Translations under genes and position numbers: made by a program
In this document: piece after piece, positions 48,602 through 59,100 of the stretch
Layout: the number at the start of each line of letters is the position of its first letter
How positions within the stretch are numbered: the stretch's first letter is position 1
Notes under the pieces: generated by a model
Databases searched by the model: none
Told to the model about the DNA's origin: nothing
Seen by the model: only the letters and a program-made list of their open reading frames with translations
Source of the DNA: Candidatus Hydrogenedens sp.
GTDB lineage: Bacteria > Hydrogenedentota > Hydrogenedentia > Hydrogenedentales > Hydrogenedentaceae
Assembly: GCA_049968235.1 (NCBI GenBank)
Contig: JBMFRC010000015.1
Span: forward strand, 1-64,000
Length of the DNA: 64,000 bases
Direction: 5' to 3'

Positions 48602-49924
48602 TTAAGTGATTTTTCGATGGTCTATAACCCTGCATGCTTTCCCTGTGGAACGTTCCAATGTATTTGGAGGCAATAACTCTATATTAACATGAATACCTGT
48701 AATTTCATTAATTTTACGAAGGACTCGGTCTCGTAAAGATTGCATCTCGCTCATCTTATCCGAAATATACCCTGCTTGTAATTCCACTTTTACCGATATT
48801 TCATCTAATATGCCAGGTCTTGTTACTTCAATAAGATAGTGTGGAGCAATGCCCGGAACTTGAAGAATGGCTTCTTCAATTTGAGATGGAAATACATTTA
48901 CGCCTCGAATGATAAGCATATCATCTGAGCGTCCTTTTACACGGGACATCCGTTTTGTTGTTCTTCCACAGGGACATGGACTGGTATCTAAACATGCCAG
49001 GTCCCTTGTTCTATAACGGATTATTGGGAACGCTTCCTTTGTTAAACTTGTAAATACCAGTTCACCGTATTCGCCTTCTTTTACTGGTTCAAGTGTAGAA
49101 GGATTTAAACATTCTACAATGAAATGGTCCTCCTGAATATGCATACCTTTCTGCAAATAACATTCACCACTTACTCCCGGTCCGATTACCTCGCTAAGTC
49201 CATAATTATTAAAAGCCTTAATTCCCAATTGCTCTTCTATTTCTTTTCGCATATCTTCAGTCCACATTTCACCCCCAAAATGTCCATATTTTAATGATAG
49301 ATTTTTAGGGTCTATCCCTGTTTGCTTTGCATGTTCTGCGATATTTAATGCATAACTGGGTGTACATATTAACACATCAGGTTTTAAATCTTGGATAAGC
49401 AAAATTTGTCTTGCCGTGTTACCGGACGCAGCAGGAATAATGGTAGCACCAACCTTTTCTGCTCCGTAATGTAATCCAAAACCACCTGTGAAAAGTCCAT
49501 AACCAAATGATATTTGCACAAAATGTTCTTTTCGTAACCCGCCTGCCACAAGAAACCGTGCACATAGATTTGCCCATGTCTCAATGTCTTTATGTGTATA
49601 TGCCACCAATGTGGGTTTGCCTGTTGTTCCAGAAGAACCATGGATTCGTGCCAGTTCATATTTAGGAACCGCAACCAATCCTAAAGGATAATTTTGCCTT
49701 AAATCTTCTTTTACAGTAAAAGGTAATCTTCTTAAATCATCAAGAGACTTTATATCCTCAGGTTTAACTTTGTATTTGTCGAAAGAGTTTTTATAGAAAG
49801 GAACGGTATTATAAACTCTTTCCACTACTTTTTTTAACAATTCTAATTGTAACTTGTGCCGTTCTTCCGGTTTAATTGTTTCCGCAGAGTCCCAGATAGA
49901 ATTTTCGAACGGTAACGAATTCAT
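48602..49924 (-). CDS. Phenylacetate-CoA ligase family (PaaK / coenzyme F390 synthetase-like aryl-CoA ligase).
   Basis: An AMP-binding core is present ([12 protein letters not shown]). The protein is ~440 aa with the family-typical C-terminus. Confidence 0.8.
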   Translation of the reverse strand: MNSLPFENSIWDSAETIKPEERHKLQLELLKKVVERVYNTVPFYKNSFDKYKVKPEDIKSLDDLRRLPFTVKEDLRQNYPLGLVAVPKYELARIHGSSGTTGKPTLVAYTHKDIETWANLCARFLVAGGLRKEHFVQISFGYGLFTGGFGLHYGAEKVGATIIPAASGNTARQILLIQDLKPDVLICTPSYALNIAEHAKQTGIDPKNLSLKYGHFGGEMWTEDMRKEIEEQLGIKAFNNYGLSEVIGPGVSGECYLQKGMHIQEDHFIVECLNPSTLEPVKEGEYGELVFTSLTKEAFPIIRYRTRDLACLDTSPCPCGRTTKRMSRVKGRSDDMLIIRGVNVFPSQIEEAILQVPGIAPHYLIEVTRPGILDEISVKVELQAGYISDKMSEMQSLRDRVLRKINEITGIHVNIELLPPNTLERSTGKACRVIDHRKIT

Positions 49925-49940
49925 TTGTATTTACCTTATA

Positions 49941-50381
49941 TTATTGATTGGCTTTTTCATATAATTGAACACTATCCAGAACATTAATTCCTTTCCCTTG
50001 CAATGCCTTTATAGCGATGTCAGGTTGGTCAAATCGAAAAACAATAACTGCTTTGTCCCCACTGCGGAAGGTAAATGCATACATATATTCTATATTTAAA
50101 CCTTCGTTCTCAATTACTTCCAGAATTTTGGCAAGTCCGCCGGGTTTGTCTTCAACTTCAGTAGCAACTACTTCTGTTGTATTGACAATAAACCCCTCCT
50201 GTTCAAGAACTTCTTTTGCCTTCTTCCAATCTTGAATAATAAGACGGAGAATTCCAAATTGTTGAGTATCTGCAAGTGATAAGGTAACTATGTTTATATT
50301 ATTCCGGGCTAATACCTTACATGGCTCACTAATTCTGCCGGGTTTGTTTTCTAAAAACATCGAAATCTGTTGTATTTTCAT
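49941..50381 (-). CDS. ACT-domain protein, of the PaaK-associated small regulatory type.
   Basis: The protein is 146 aa with two ACT-like beta-alpha-beta-beta-alpha-beta halves. It is flanked by two PaaK-family genes. Confidence 0.6.
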   Translation of the reverse strand: MKIQQISMFLENKPGRISEPCKVLARNNINIVTLSLADTQQFGILRLIIQDWKKAKEVLEQEGFIVNTTEVVATEVEDKPGGLAKILEVIENEGLNIEYMYAFTFRSGDKAVIVFRFDQPDIAIKALQGKGINVLDSVQLYEKANQ

Positions 50382-50396
50382 ATATTACTCCCTCAT

Positions 50397-50434
50397 AGTA
50401 AGTAAGTTTATTTATTTATTTATTTATTCATTCA
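50397..50434. repeat. Compound tetranucleotide microsatellite (AGTA)2-(TTTA)5-(TTCA)2 in the intergenic region.
   Basis: Read directly from the sequence: agtaagtaagtttatttatttatttatttattcattca. It lies between the ACT gene start and the stop of the paaK-2 gene. Confidence 0.8.
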
Positions 50435-50443
50435 TTATAAAAA

Positions 50444-51775
50444 TCATATTTTTCTTAAATCCACTACGCGTTTGGCTTTACCTTCGCTTCTGGGTATTGA
50501 ATGAGGTTCAACAAGTTTCACATTTGCTCTAATATTAATTATTCTCTCAATGGATTGCATAAACTTATTCTGAAGTTTTTCCATCTCACTAATACGGTCA
50601 CTAAACATTTCTTTGGTTACTTCAATTAAAATTTCCATCTGGTCTAACCCATGTTCACGGGTTAATTTTATTTGGTAGTGAGGTGTAGACCCTTCCACGG
50701 CGAGTAATGCAGTTTCTATCTGGCTTGGGAATACATTAACACCTCGAATGATAAACATATCATCACTTCTACGCGATATTTTCTTCATTTTTCGTATCGT
50801 TCTACCACAGGGACAGGGCTTGTCATAAAAAGCTGTTATGTCACGAGTTCTATAACGAATCATAGGCATGGCTTTTTTGCTAAGGGTTGTGAACACCAAT
50901 TCTCCCTCTTCACCATCAGGGAGAGGTTCTAATGTTTCAGGGTCTATAATTTCAGGGTAGAAATGGTCTTCAAAAATATGCAATCCATTCTGGCAAATAC
51001 ACTCATTTCCAACACCCGGTCCAATAATTTCCGAAAGTCCATATATGTCGTATGCCTTTATGTTCGCTTCCCTTTCTATGTATTCCCTCATGGCTTCGCT
51101 CCAGGGTTCTGCACCAAATATCCCAATTCGTAGAGGTAATGATTTCAGGTCAATACCTAATTCCCCAGCCCTTTCGATAATGTGAACAAAATAACTCGGG
51201 GTACAACAAATGACAGTTACTTTGAAATCTTTCATAATCATGATTTGACGGTCAGTATTTCCACCTGAAATAGGGATAACGGTTGCCCCCAGAGATTCTG
51301 CACCATAATGGAAACCTAATCCACCTGTGAATAATCCATACCCATAAGCATTCTGAACAATATCACCACGGTCTACCCCGCATGCGGATAGACTACGAAC
51401 CATAACATTACACCATACCTCAATATCTTCTTTTGTGTAAGCAACAACAATTGGCTTTCCAGTGGTCCCACTGGATGCATGAAGTCGTACAATTTCATGC
51501 ATAGGACTCGCAAATAGACCAAAGGGATAGGTATCTCTTAAATCTGTTTTGACCGTGAAAGGTAAATGCTTTATATCCTTAATAGAAAGAATATGTTCCG
51601 GTTTTACTTTGTGTTCATCCATTCGTTGTCGATAAAACGGAACATTCTCGTAAACCCGTTGAACTATCTTTTGCAAACGGTGTGATTGGATTTCTTCGAG
51701 AAAATTTTGTGGTAAATAGTCCACAGAACTAATCGGATTAAATTTGCTCCCTGCATCATGCCAAAAACAACTCAT
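50444..51775 (-). CDS. Phenylacetate-CoA ligase family paralog.
   Basis: [13 protein letters not shown] and the same architecture as 48602..49924 are present. The protein is 443 aa. Confidence 0.8.
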   Translation of the reverse strand: MSCFWHDAGSKFNPISSVDYLPQNFLEEIQSHRLQKIVQRVYENVPFYRQRMDEHKVKPEHILSIKDIKHLPFTVKTDLRDTYPFGLFASPMHEIVRLHASSGTTGKPIVVAYTKEDIEVWCNVMVRSLSACGVDRGDIVQNAYGYGLFTGGLGFHYGAESLGATVIPISGGNTDRQIMIMKDFKVTVICCTPSYFVHIIERAGELGIDLKSLPLRIGIFGAEPWSEAMREYIEREANIKAYDIYGLSEIIGPGVGNECICQNGLHIFEDHFYPEIIDPETLEPLPDGEEGELVFTTLSKKAMPMIRYRTRDITAFYDKPCPCGRTIRKMKKISRRSDDMFIIRGVNVFPSQIETALLAVEGSTPHYQIKLTREHGLDQMEILIEVTKEMFSDRISEMEKLQNKFMQSIERIINIRANVKLVEPHSIPRSEGKAKRVVDLRKI

Positions 51776-51856
51776 ACTACATTCCTTATACTACAAAATA
51801 AAAATTTAAAACTTTTTATTTAACAAAAACATGAGATAGTATAATGAGAAGATTAA

Positions 51857-54259
51857 TTGTTAGTCAAAAACATAAAAAAAGGAAGAAAAATGAAAGTGAA
51901 GATATATCAATTATATCTACTATCTTTTTGCTTATTATTTGCATTAATGTTTTTATCAATAAGTATACACGCAGAAACAAGTCGTCGTTCTATTGCTTCT
52001 CTTTCCACTGACTTATACGAAGTTCATCTTTTCAAGAATGGAACAATTAAGGTTTTTTTTGCAAATGGGTTGGAAGTTCTATCATTAGAAAGCCCTTCTG
52101 TTGTATATGCAGATTCGGATGAAATCGTTCCATTAAAACTTTCAGGATTAAATTGGTATAAAGAACCTGTTTCTAACCCATTGGGAGATGGAATAGGTCT
52201 ATACATTCAAGGGAAAAATCTGACATGGGTAGTAGAAATATATCCGGGAAAACCTTTTTTTACAGTTAGGTATCAGTATTTAAATAATTCAAAAAAAGAA
52301 CAGAAAATAAGGTCGTTAATATCCGTCCATGGAACATTAAATCAATATAGAAATGAAGAGATAAATGAAAATTCTATAGTTTGTCTTGGAAATGGAAATA
52401 TATTTGAATCTATGATGGATTTTCCCCAATGGGTAAATGGTTTTGACTTGAAATCCCAATGGAATCTGGCTATATATGACCGTAAAAGAGAGCAATCACT
52501 ACTGGCAGGATTTTTAACCTGTGATAAAGCCTATGGACAAATTACTCTTGCCAGAAATGAGAAAAAAAAGACAGTCCAGATAAAGTCCGAAAGTGTTTTT
52601 GATGCTCCAATTCAATTATTACCAGGAAAAACAATAAATGCAGAAGTTCTCTATTTTTCCTTAGGGGAGCAAAGTCCGCATAATTGTTTAGAGCGCTATG
52701 GTCGGGCTATTGCAGTTATGAATAAATTGAGTAAAAATAATGCTTTTCTGCCTCATGGCTGGGATAGTTGGAGTACTGCCCTTCATAAAGATGTTAACGA
52801 AAATGTAATCATGGAAAATATTCAGTTTGTGGATACTTATCTTAAAAAGTATGGCTGGAATCAGATTGCTATTGACGCAGGATGGGAACGAGGTCCAGCA
52901 GATTGGGAACCACATCCTGAAAAATTTCCTCATGGTCTTAAACCTATTGTAGAAGAATTGCATAATCGGGGTATGAAAGCAGGATTGTGGATTGACCTAT
53001 TTACAATACCTGTAGATTCAAAACTGGCGAAAGAATATTCTGAATGGTTGGTTTCCCCAGATGCACGAGGTAAGTTATTGTTAGGAAAAGATAAAAAGGT
53101 TTTGGATGTTACTATCCCTGAAGCGTATAATTATGTTCGAGATACATGTAAAAAAATATCCCATGAATGGGGTTTTGATGGTATAGTAGAAGCAGATTTC
53201 GTTTATCATTTATTATTAGGGGAAAAATATAAAGATGAAAGTTTAACTAAATTACAGGTATTAAGAAAAGGGTTGGAAGCCATTCGTGAAGGGTTGGGAA
53301 ATGATAAATTTCTAATGACAATGCTTCCGATTAATGTTTCCGGCATGTATGCAGATGGGATACGGATTGGTTTTGACAATAAACCTTTATGGTCATCGCC
53401 AACTCTCTCGGGAAATTGGGGTTGTGTAGAGTCTCTAAATAATTTCGCTCGCCGATATTATTTATTCCCTCATTTGGGAGTTCCAGACCAGGGCTGCATT
53501 TTTTTAGGGCATCCAGAAACGAATAAGAGATGGAATGTCCCAGAAGATAAAAAACTAACACAATCACAAATAGTAGCGTGGATTACTGGTACTGCCTTGA
53601 CAGGTGGAGTCTTTAAAATAGGGGAGGAGTTTACAAATCTATCTCCTTATGAACTCAATGTATTGAAAAAAATAATCCCAAAATCATCGCAATCAGCCCG
53701 TCCTGTGGATTTATTTGATAATCCATACCCCCAAATATGGTCTTTACCCCTTTCTGGACCTATGTTAGATATAAACATTGTGGCAGTTTTTAATTGGGAT
53801 ACAGAGAAAAACACAAAAGTATCCGTCTTTTTGGAAAAGTTAGGATTGGATGGAAATCAACTTTATACATTATATGATTTTTGGAATGAAAATTTTGTTG
53901 GTATTATTCAAAATGCCTTTATTATAGATTTGCCTCCTACTTCTGTTTCTTTATATGGTATTCGTCCTGTAGAAAAGAATCCCATATTTGTTGCATCAAA
54001 TCACCATATTACACAGGGTGTTTTCGATATTAAAGATTTGAAATATTCTCCAATAAATAAGGAAATGACAGGAGTAATGAAAGTAATTGAGGATACAGAG
54101 TATAAATTAACATTTTTTGACCCTGAAAAGAGAAAAGTTCAAATAAATGGAATCAATTTCACCAATGTTTCCTTACAACAAAAAGAAGGTATTATTACCC
54201 TTCAGTTTATTACTCCAAAGGATGTAAATGAGTTAAAATGGAGTATGATGTTTGATTAA
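51857..54259 (+). CDS. Secreted clan GH-D (GH27/GH36-like) alpha-galactosidase-family glycoside hydrolase.
   Basis: The protein has a signal peptide. The melibiase-type block LPHGWDSWSTALHKDVNENVIMENIQFVDTYLKKYGWNQIAIDAGWE corresponds to GWNSWN...IDDGW. Confidence 0.55.
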   Translation: MLVKNIKKGRKMKVKIYQLYLLSFCLLFALMFLSISIHAETSRRSIASLSTDLYEVHLFKNGTIKVFFANGLEVLSLESPSVVYADSDEIVPLKLSGLNWYKEPVSNPLGDGIGLYIQGKNLTWVVEIYPGKPFFTVRYQYLNNSKKEQKIRSLISVHGTLNQYRNEEINENSIVCLGNGNIFESMMDFPQWVNGFDLKSQWNLAIYDRKREQSLLAGFLTCDKAYGQITLARNEKKKTVQIKSESVFDAPIQLLPGKTINAEVLYFSLGEQSPHNCLERYGRAIAVMNKLSKNNAFLPHGWDSWSTALHKDVNENVIMENIQFVDTYLKKYGWNQIAIDAGWERGPADWEPHPEKFPHGLKPIVEELHNRGMKAGLWIDLFTIPVDSKLAKEYSEWLVSPDARGKLLLGKDKKVLDVTIPEAYNYVRDTCKKISHEWGFDGIVEADFVYHLLLGEKYKDESLTKLQVLRKGLEAIREGLGNDKFLMTMLPINVSGMYADGIRIGFDNKPLWSSPTLSGNWGCVESLNNFARRYYLFPHLGVPDQGCIFLGHPETNKRWNVPEDKKLTQSQIVAWITGTALTGGVFKIGEEFTNLSPYELNVLKKIIPKSSQSARPVDLFDNPYPQIWSLPLSGPMLDINIVAVFNWDTEKNTKVSVFLEKLGLDGNQLYTLYDFWNENFVGIIQNAFIIDLPPTSVSLYGIRPVEKNPIFVASNHHITQGVFDIKDLKYSPINKEMTGVMKVIEDTEYKLTFFDPEKRKVQINGINFTNVSLQQKEGIITLQFITPKDVNELKWSMMFD

Positions 54260-54282
54260 CCATTAAAAGAGGGTATTGCATT

Positions 54283-54924
54283 ATGTTTCATAAGGCTCAA
54301 AATTGGGTTGAAAAGAAAATAAATGAATATTGTCAAAAGTCACAAGAATGTGTAGATTTAGGTATGAAAGTACTTACGGGCTGTATCGATGTAGATGATT
54401 GTGATAAATGGAAAGAAACCACATCGGCGGTTCATAGAGCAGAAAGCAAAGCAGATGATTTGCGACGAGAAATAGAATATTTCATATTTGAACGCTCTCT
54501 ATTTCCAGAATCAAGAGGAGATATTCTGGCTCTACTTGAAATTCTTGACCGGATACCTAATCAGGTTCAGCAAACGGTTAAGATGATTGTAGAACAACAA
54601 ATTCACATACCTAAAATGATAAAAAACGAAGTTATTTCTATATCTACTATTACACAAAAATGCGTAAAAATTACAGTGCAAGGGGTTGAAATGCTATTCT
54701 CAGATTTTCGTGAAGTCCTTGAGATTTTAGGACAAATTGACGCTCTTGAAAGTGAAGTAGATAAGATTCAATCGGATGCCATTACAAAAGTATTTCAATC
54801 GGATATTGAACCATTTAGAAAACTTCTTTTGCGAGATTTAATAAATTCCATAAGCGAAGTAACAAATCATGCTGAAAAAGCGGGAGACTTCATGAGAATT
54901 ATAATAGTCAAAAGGATGATGTAA
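54283..54924 (+). CDS. DUF47 / PhoU-like phosphate transport regulator (TIGR00153 family).
   Basis: The protein is a 213-aa helical protein. The gene is overlapped by 1 nt with a PiT transporter gene, which is the usual gene pair. Confidence 0.6.
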   Translation: MFHKAQNWVEKKINEYCQKSQECVDLGMKVLTGCIDVDDCDKWKETTSAVHRAESKADDLRREIEYFIFERSLFPESRGDILALLEILDRIPNQVQQTVKMIVEQQIHIPKMIKNEVISISTITQKCVKITVQGVEMLFSDFREVLEILGQIDALESEVDKIQSDAITKVFQSDIEPFRKLLLRDLINSISEVTNHAEKAGDFMRIIIVKRMM

Positions 54925-55865
54925 TGGGAATATTATTGGTAGTTGTAACATCAGCCCTATTAGGTTTGACTTTAGGAGGAAATGACGCTGGAAATGTATT
55001 TGGAACAGCGGTAGCAACACGATTTGTTCGTTTCAGGACAGCGGGTTTATTAACTTTTTTCTTTGTTATAGCAGGTGCTGTTTTACAGGGTAGCAAGGGA
55101 ATTGATACATTAAGTGGAATTACAACACAAAGTTTAAATACATCCATATTGGTAGGATTGGTGGTAAGTGGGGTAGGGCTTATCCTTACCTTACTGGGAC
55201 AGCCAATAAGTCTTTCTCAATCTGTCGTGGGTGGACTTATTGGGCTGGGTTTAACACAAAACGATGTTCAATGGAAAATGTTATGGAAAGTTTTAATTTG
55301 TTGGGCTTTTACACCTATCGGAGCAGGATTAATAGCGATTATTTGTTATAAAATAATGCTTACTTTCTTTTCTCATATCAAGGTGGGAATACTTACAAGA
55401 GAGACATTAATAAGAAGAGGATTAATTATATCTGGAATTATCGGTGCTTATGCATTGGGGGCAAATAATGTGGCAAATACAGTAGGAATGTTTGCAGGAA
55501 CGATAAAAGGAGTTTCGAATACAGAACTGGCATTATTAGGCGGTTTCTTTATTGGGACTGGTGTTTTACTTTTTAGCAAACCTGTAATGATGAATATCGG
55601 AAAAGGAATAGTACTTTTAGATGGATTTTCAGCCTTGGTTGTGGTTCTATCTTCAGGAATTACAGTATATATTTTTTCATTGGTCGGAGTTCCTGTAAGC
55701 ACAACACAGGCGGTTGTCGGTGCTATTATTGGAATTGGTATCCACCATGGAGTTCATACATTAAAATTAAAAATCATAAGGGACATTTTATTAAGTTGGT
55801 TGATTGCGCCAATAGCCAGCCTCATTTTTACATCAGCAGGTTATGCTATTTTTCTAAACAAATAA
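54924..55865 (+). CDS. Inorganic phosphate transporter, PiT family.
   Basis: The duplicated GGNDAGNVFGTAV and GANNVANTVG signature motifs are present. The protein has about 10 TM helices. Confidence 0.85.
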   Translation: MGILLVVVTSALLGLTLGGNDAGNVFGTAVATRFVRFRTAGLLTFFFVIAGAVLQGSKGIDTLSGITTQSLNTSILVGLVVSGVGLILTLLGQPISLSQSVVGGLIGLGLTQNDVQWKMLWKVLICWAFTPIGAGLIAIICYKIMLTFFSHIKVGILTRETLIRRGLIISGIIGAYALGANNVANTVGMFAGTIKGVSNTELALLGGFFIGTGVLLFSKPVMMNIGKGIVLLDGFSALVVVLSSGITVYIFSLVGVPVSTTQAVVGAIIGIGIHHGVHTLKLKIIRDILLSWLIAPIASLIFTSAGYAIFLNK

Positions 55866-55936
55866 ATTTTAATAAAATTTTGTGAAAAAGATAAATTTAA
55901 ATGCTATAATAGGATAAGAAATAAGGAAGTATCGTT

Positions 55937-56122
55937 ATGGATACAATAAACATAAACCCGCAAGTAGGGTTGAAAACAGCCCAAATAAGTATGGAATATT
56001 ACGCAAAAGTCCTGAATATGCGGAAAAGTGTTATGCAACAACAAGGAGATATGGCTATAAAATTAATACAATCCGCAGTACTTCCTCCGACACAGGGACA
56101 GAATCTAGATGTGAAAGTCTAA
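55937..56122 (+). CDS. YjfB-like small protein (putative motility protein family).
   Basis: The 61-aa protein ends ...VLPPTQGQNLDVKV, which resembles Bacillus YjfB-family C-termini (...GxxIDIKA). The N-terminus is Met/Gln-rich. Confidence 0.35.
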   Translation: MDTININPQVGLKTAQISMEYYAKVLNMRKSVMQQQGDMAIKLIQSAVLPPTQGQNLDVKV

Positions 56123-56137
56123 TCCCGTAGCATTTTT

Positions 56138-59100
56138 TTACCATCGAATATCTATAACAACCTTTTCATTTTCAAGAACTGTAATAGATTGTCTTAATAA
56201 AACCGTTATTAAATTTGTTTTATATAATTCATCTTGCTGAATTATCCCTATTTTTTCAGTAATGGGTATAGAATTATCCCCCTTGATTATGGACATATTC
56301 ATTTGATTAAATCTCAACTTTTCAGCAGGTAAACTGATTCTTGAGATTTCTAATTTCCCATAATGGGGTATGATGGTTACAGTTGTTTTACGAGGGCCAC
56401 TATTAAACTCAAATATCCCCCATGAGGTACCTGTGGAAAAGAAGAATGAAGAAGGGTTCTCTTTTACACGGGGAGTTATTTTAATTTTTCCCTTGTCAAA
56501 ATTAAAACCAGAACCGGCAATAAGCATTGAATAGGCAGACATTGCACGAGCATAATGCCCTCCGCATTCAATTTCGCTCCATGGGTTCTTACGATTTCCC
56601 TGATAGCGAGAACGAGCTCCACTAACTATTTCCACAGCTTTATCCCAGTCTCCTTCAAAAATACTAAGTCCAGCAACTTCGTATTCCATTCCTGTCCATA
56701 TCTCATCACAGTAAAGAATGGGGGATTCAGGTCTTCCACCTTTAGGCCAGGTGCACATTAATAGTCCGGGTTCATCATCTTCAGCAAAACGACGTGGTGA
56801 TTGAACATGGTCATAAAAATTTTTCCGCCAGTTATTTTTGTATATAGAATTAAGTGTAGTTTTGATATATGGTTCGGGGAATAAATACCCAAGCCCTAAA
56901 ATGTGAGACCACCATTGCCCTAATAATTGGTCTGAATGACACCCCGGTCCATAACAATTCATTTGATTATAAACCTCCGAACCAACATCAGGAGCATCAA
57001 ATGCATTGATGAAATACTCTTCATTCCAGCAGGTTTCAATGTATTTTTTCCTACCCGATTCATACCTTTTCTGACATTCTAAAATTAGATTTGGGTCAGG
57101 AGAACCTAATTCTTTTAACATTATTTCCATCGCCTTTAATGTGGCAAGATATAAAGTGCCAATAAATGTATTGGAACCATATAAATGTGTATCATAAGTA
57201 TTCGGTTGTTCGCCCCGAATAATCCCTTCTCCTGTCGGGTCATGTTTTTCTAAAATGTGTTGGAACACTTTAATTGCATTGTGCCAGATAGGTTCCAGCC
57301 ATTTTTTATCCGGAGAAAGTTTATATTCACGATATAGTTTCAGAAGGGTTCCTAACTCACCATCTAAAGCATGATGAAAAGGTCCTCCAATCTCATTTTT
57401 CAATTGAGGTTCTGACGGTGGAACTATAAAACGATGTGGAATGTAAAATTCTGTCTTATCCATCATATAGAACAACTCCTGGTAGCGTATTCTTTGTTCT
57501 AATATGGGGAATAAAAACGGAAGAGTTTGTGCATAATTATATACATGAGTGCAATTCATAGGACAGCAGTTATCTGTCCCTTCAAAACCACCAACAGTAC
57601 CATCTTCTAAATATATATAAATAGGTGTGTGAAGTGTGGCAATATTAGCAGAGATGGCTTCTAACATAACAGGTGGAAGTGTGGATGAGAAGAAATCTTT
57701 GTGAAACTGAGATGTCTGACTTAATAAATAGGGAAAATTATCTATACAATAATTTGTTACTTCCATTGCGTTCTTAAAATAATTATTGTAGTAATTCCCT
57801 AACCGATAGTCATATCGTAAAGGAGGAAGCGTCCAATAATACTGATTTCCACGAGTGCGATTGGGAAAATACCATGCTAGGATAAAAGTAATATCTTCTT
57901 TTTCGCCCGGTGATAGGTCAAATGGGTATGCAATTGTTCCATTCCATGTATATCCAGGATTGCTGGGTTCCATACTTTCGGGTTGTGGCAATATCCCGTT
58001 TTTTGAAAAATACTGCCAGAAATAATTGAAATCGCTCCATTGAGGACATGTTTGAGGTTCATTTTTCCCAAATGTTTTCAGAGAAAAAACCATATTTCCC
58101 CATAAAGGATGTTGAGAGTCAAGTCCCTTCTCGTAAATATATGGAACATTTGTGGTTAATGCAATCAAAGATGCAATCCAACGTCTCTTATATTCAGGAG
58201 CAATCCAATCCGTTATCTTCCCATTACACCATACGACAGAGCCTTTACCTATTTTTTTTCTGATAATTAGTGGAATACCTGTATCTGTTTTTAAGAATAC
58301 CTCACTTTGTTTGGTAGAGATATTCGGTGTTGTTTTATAAATCTTATTTGTAACCAGTATAGCATCTTTCAAATTGGGAAATAGTCCACCTAATTTTACA
58401 TTATACTTGCTATTTATCCAATTCCCTTTTATAGAAGCCATAGGTAGCCACTTTTGTAATGTCTTATATGAATTCTTATCTATAGGGTAGTCATTCGTAA
58501 AAACTATCTCATCTATTAAAATATGTCCCCATCCATCGGAGGCATTATCTACGATTTCTATATGTGCTTTTTTACCTATATATTCTGCAACATTCCATAT
58601 AACTTTCTTTAATGTTTCAGAGTTTGAGCCAGTAGATGATAATATTTTTTCCCCTTCAATAATGAGTGCTATATATGTGTTATCGGGTTTATTTCCTCCA
58701 CCGATACGAAAATGAATAAAAGAATGTTGAATAGTAAATTCTTTAGATATTGCAGTCCCGGTTTTTTTATCATCACCATTGTAGGAGTTTACAAAGTATT
58801 TTCCTTCATAGCCCAAGATATCTGTTTGCATAGGAAATTTATCATTGGCAGGTTTATCTCCGAAAGCATCACCTGTGATTGTCCATAAGTTATATGTGCC
58901 AGATTCAAAGTTATCAAATACATGCTCTTTTTTATGGCTCTTTTTGGCTCTATTTATTGCTACTAACCAATCAAAAATAGAATTTGTATCCCCACTAACA
59001 ATTAAATGAGCTCCATTTTGTATTTTTTTATTAAGTTTCTCTATGTTATCCGATGATAATACTTTTTCAGAGGGTCCTAACCAATAAACACAAGTATCAC

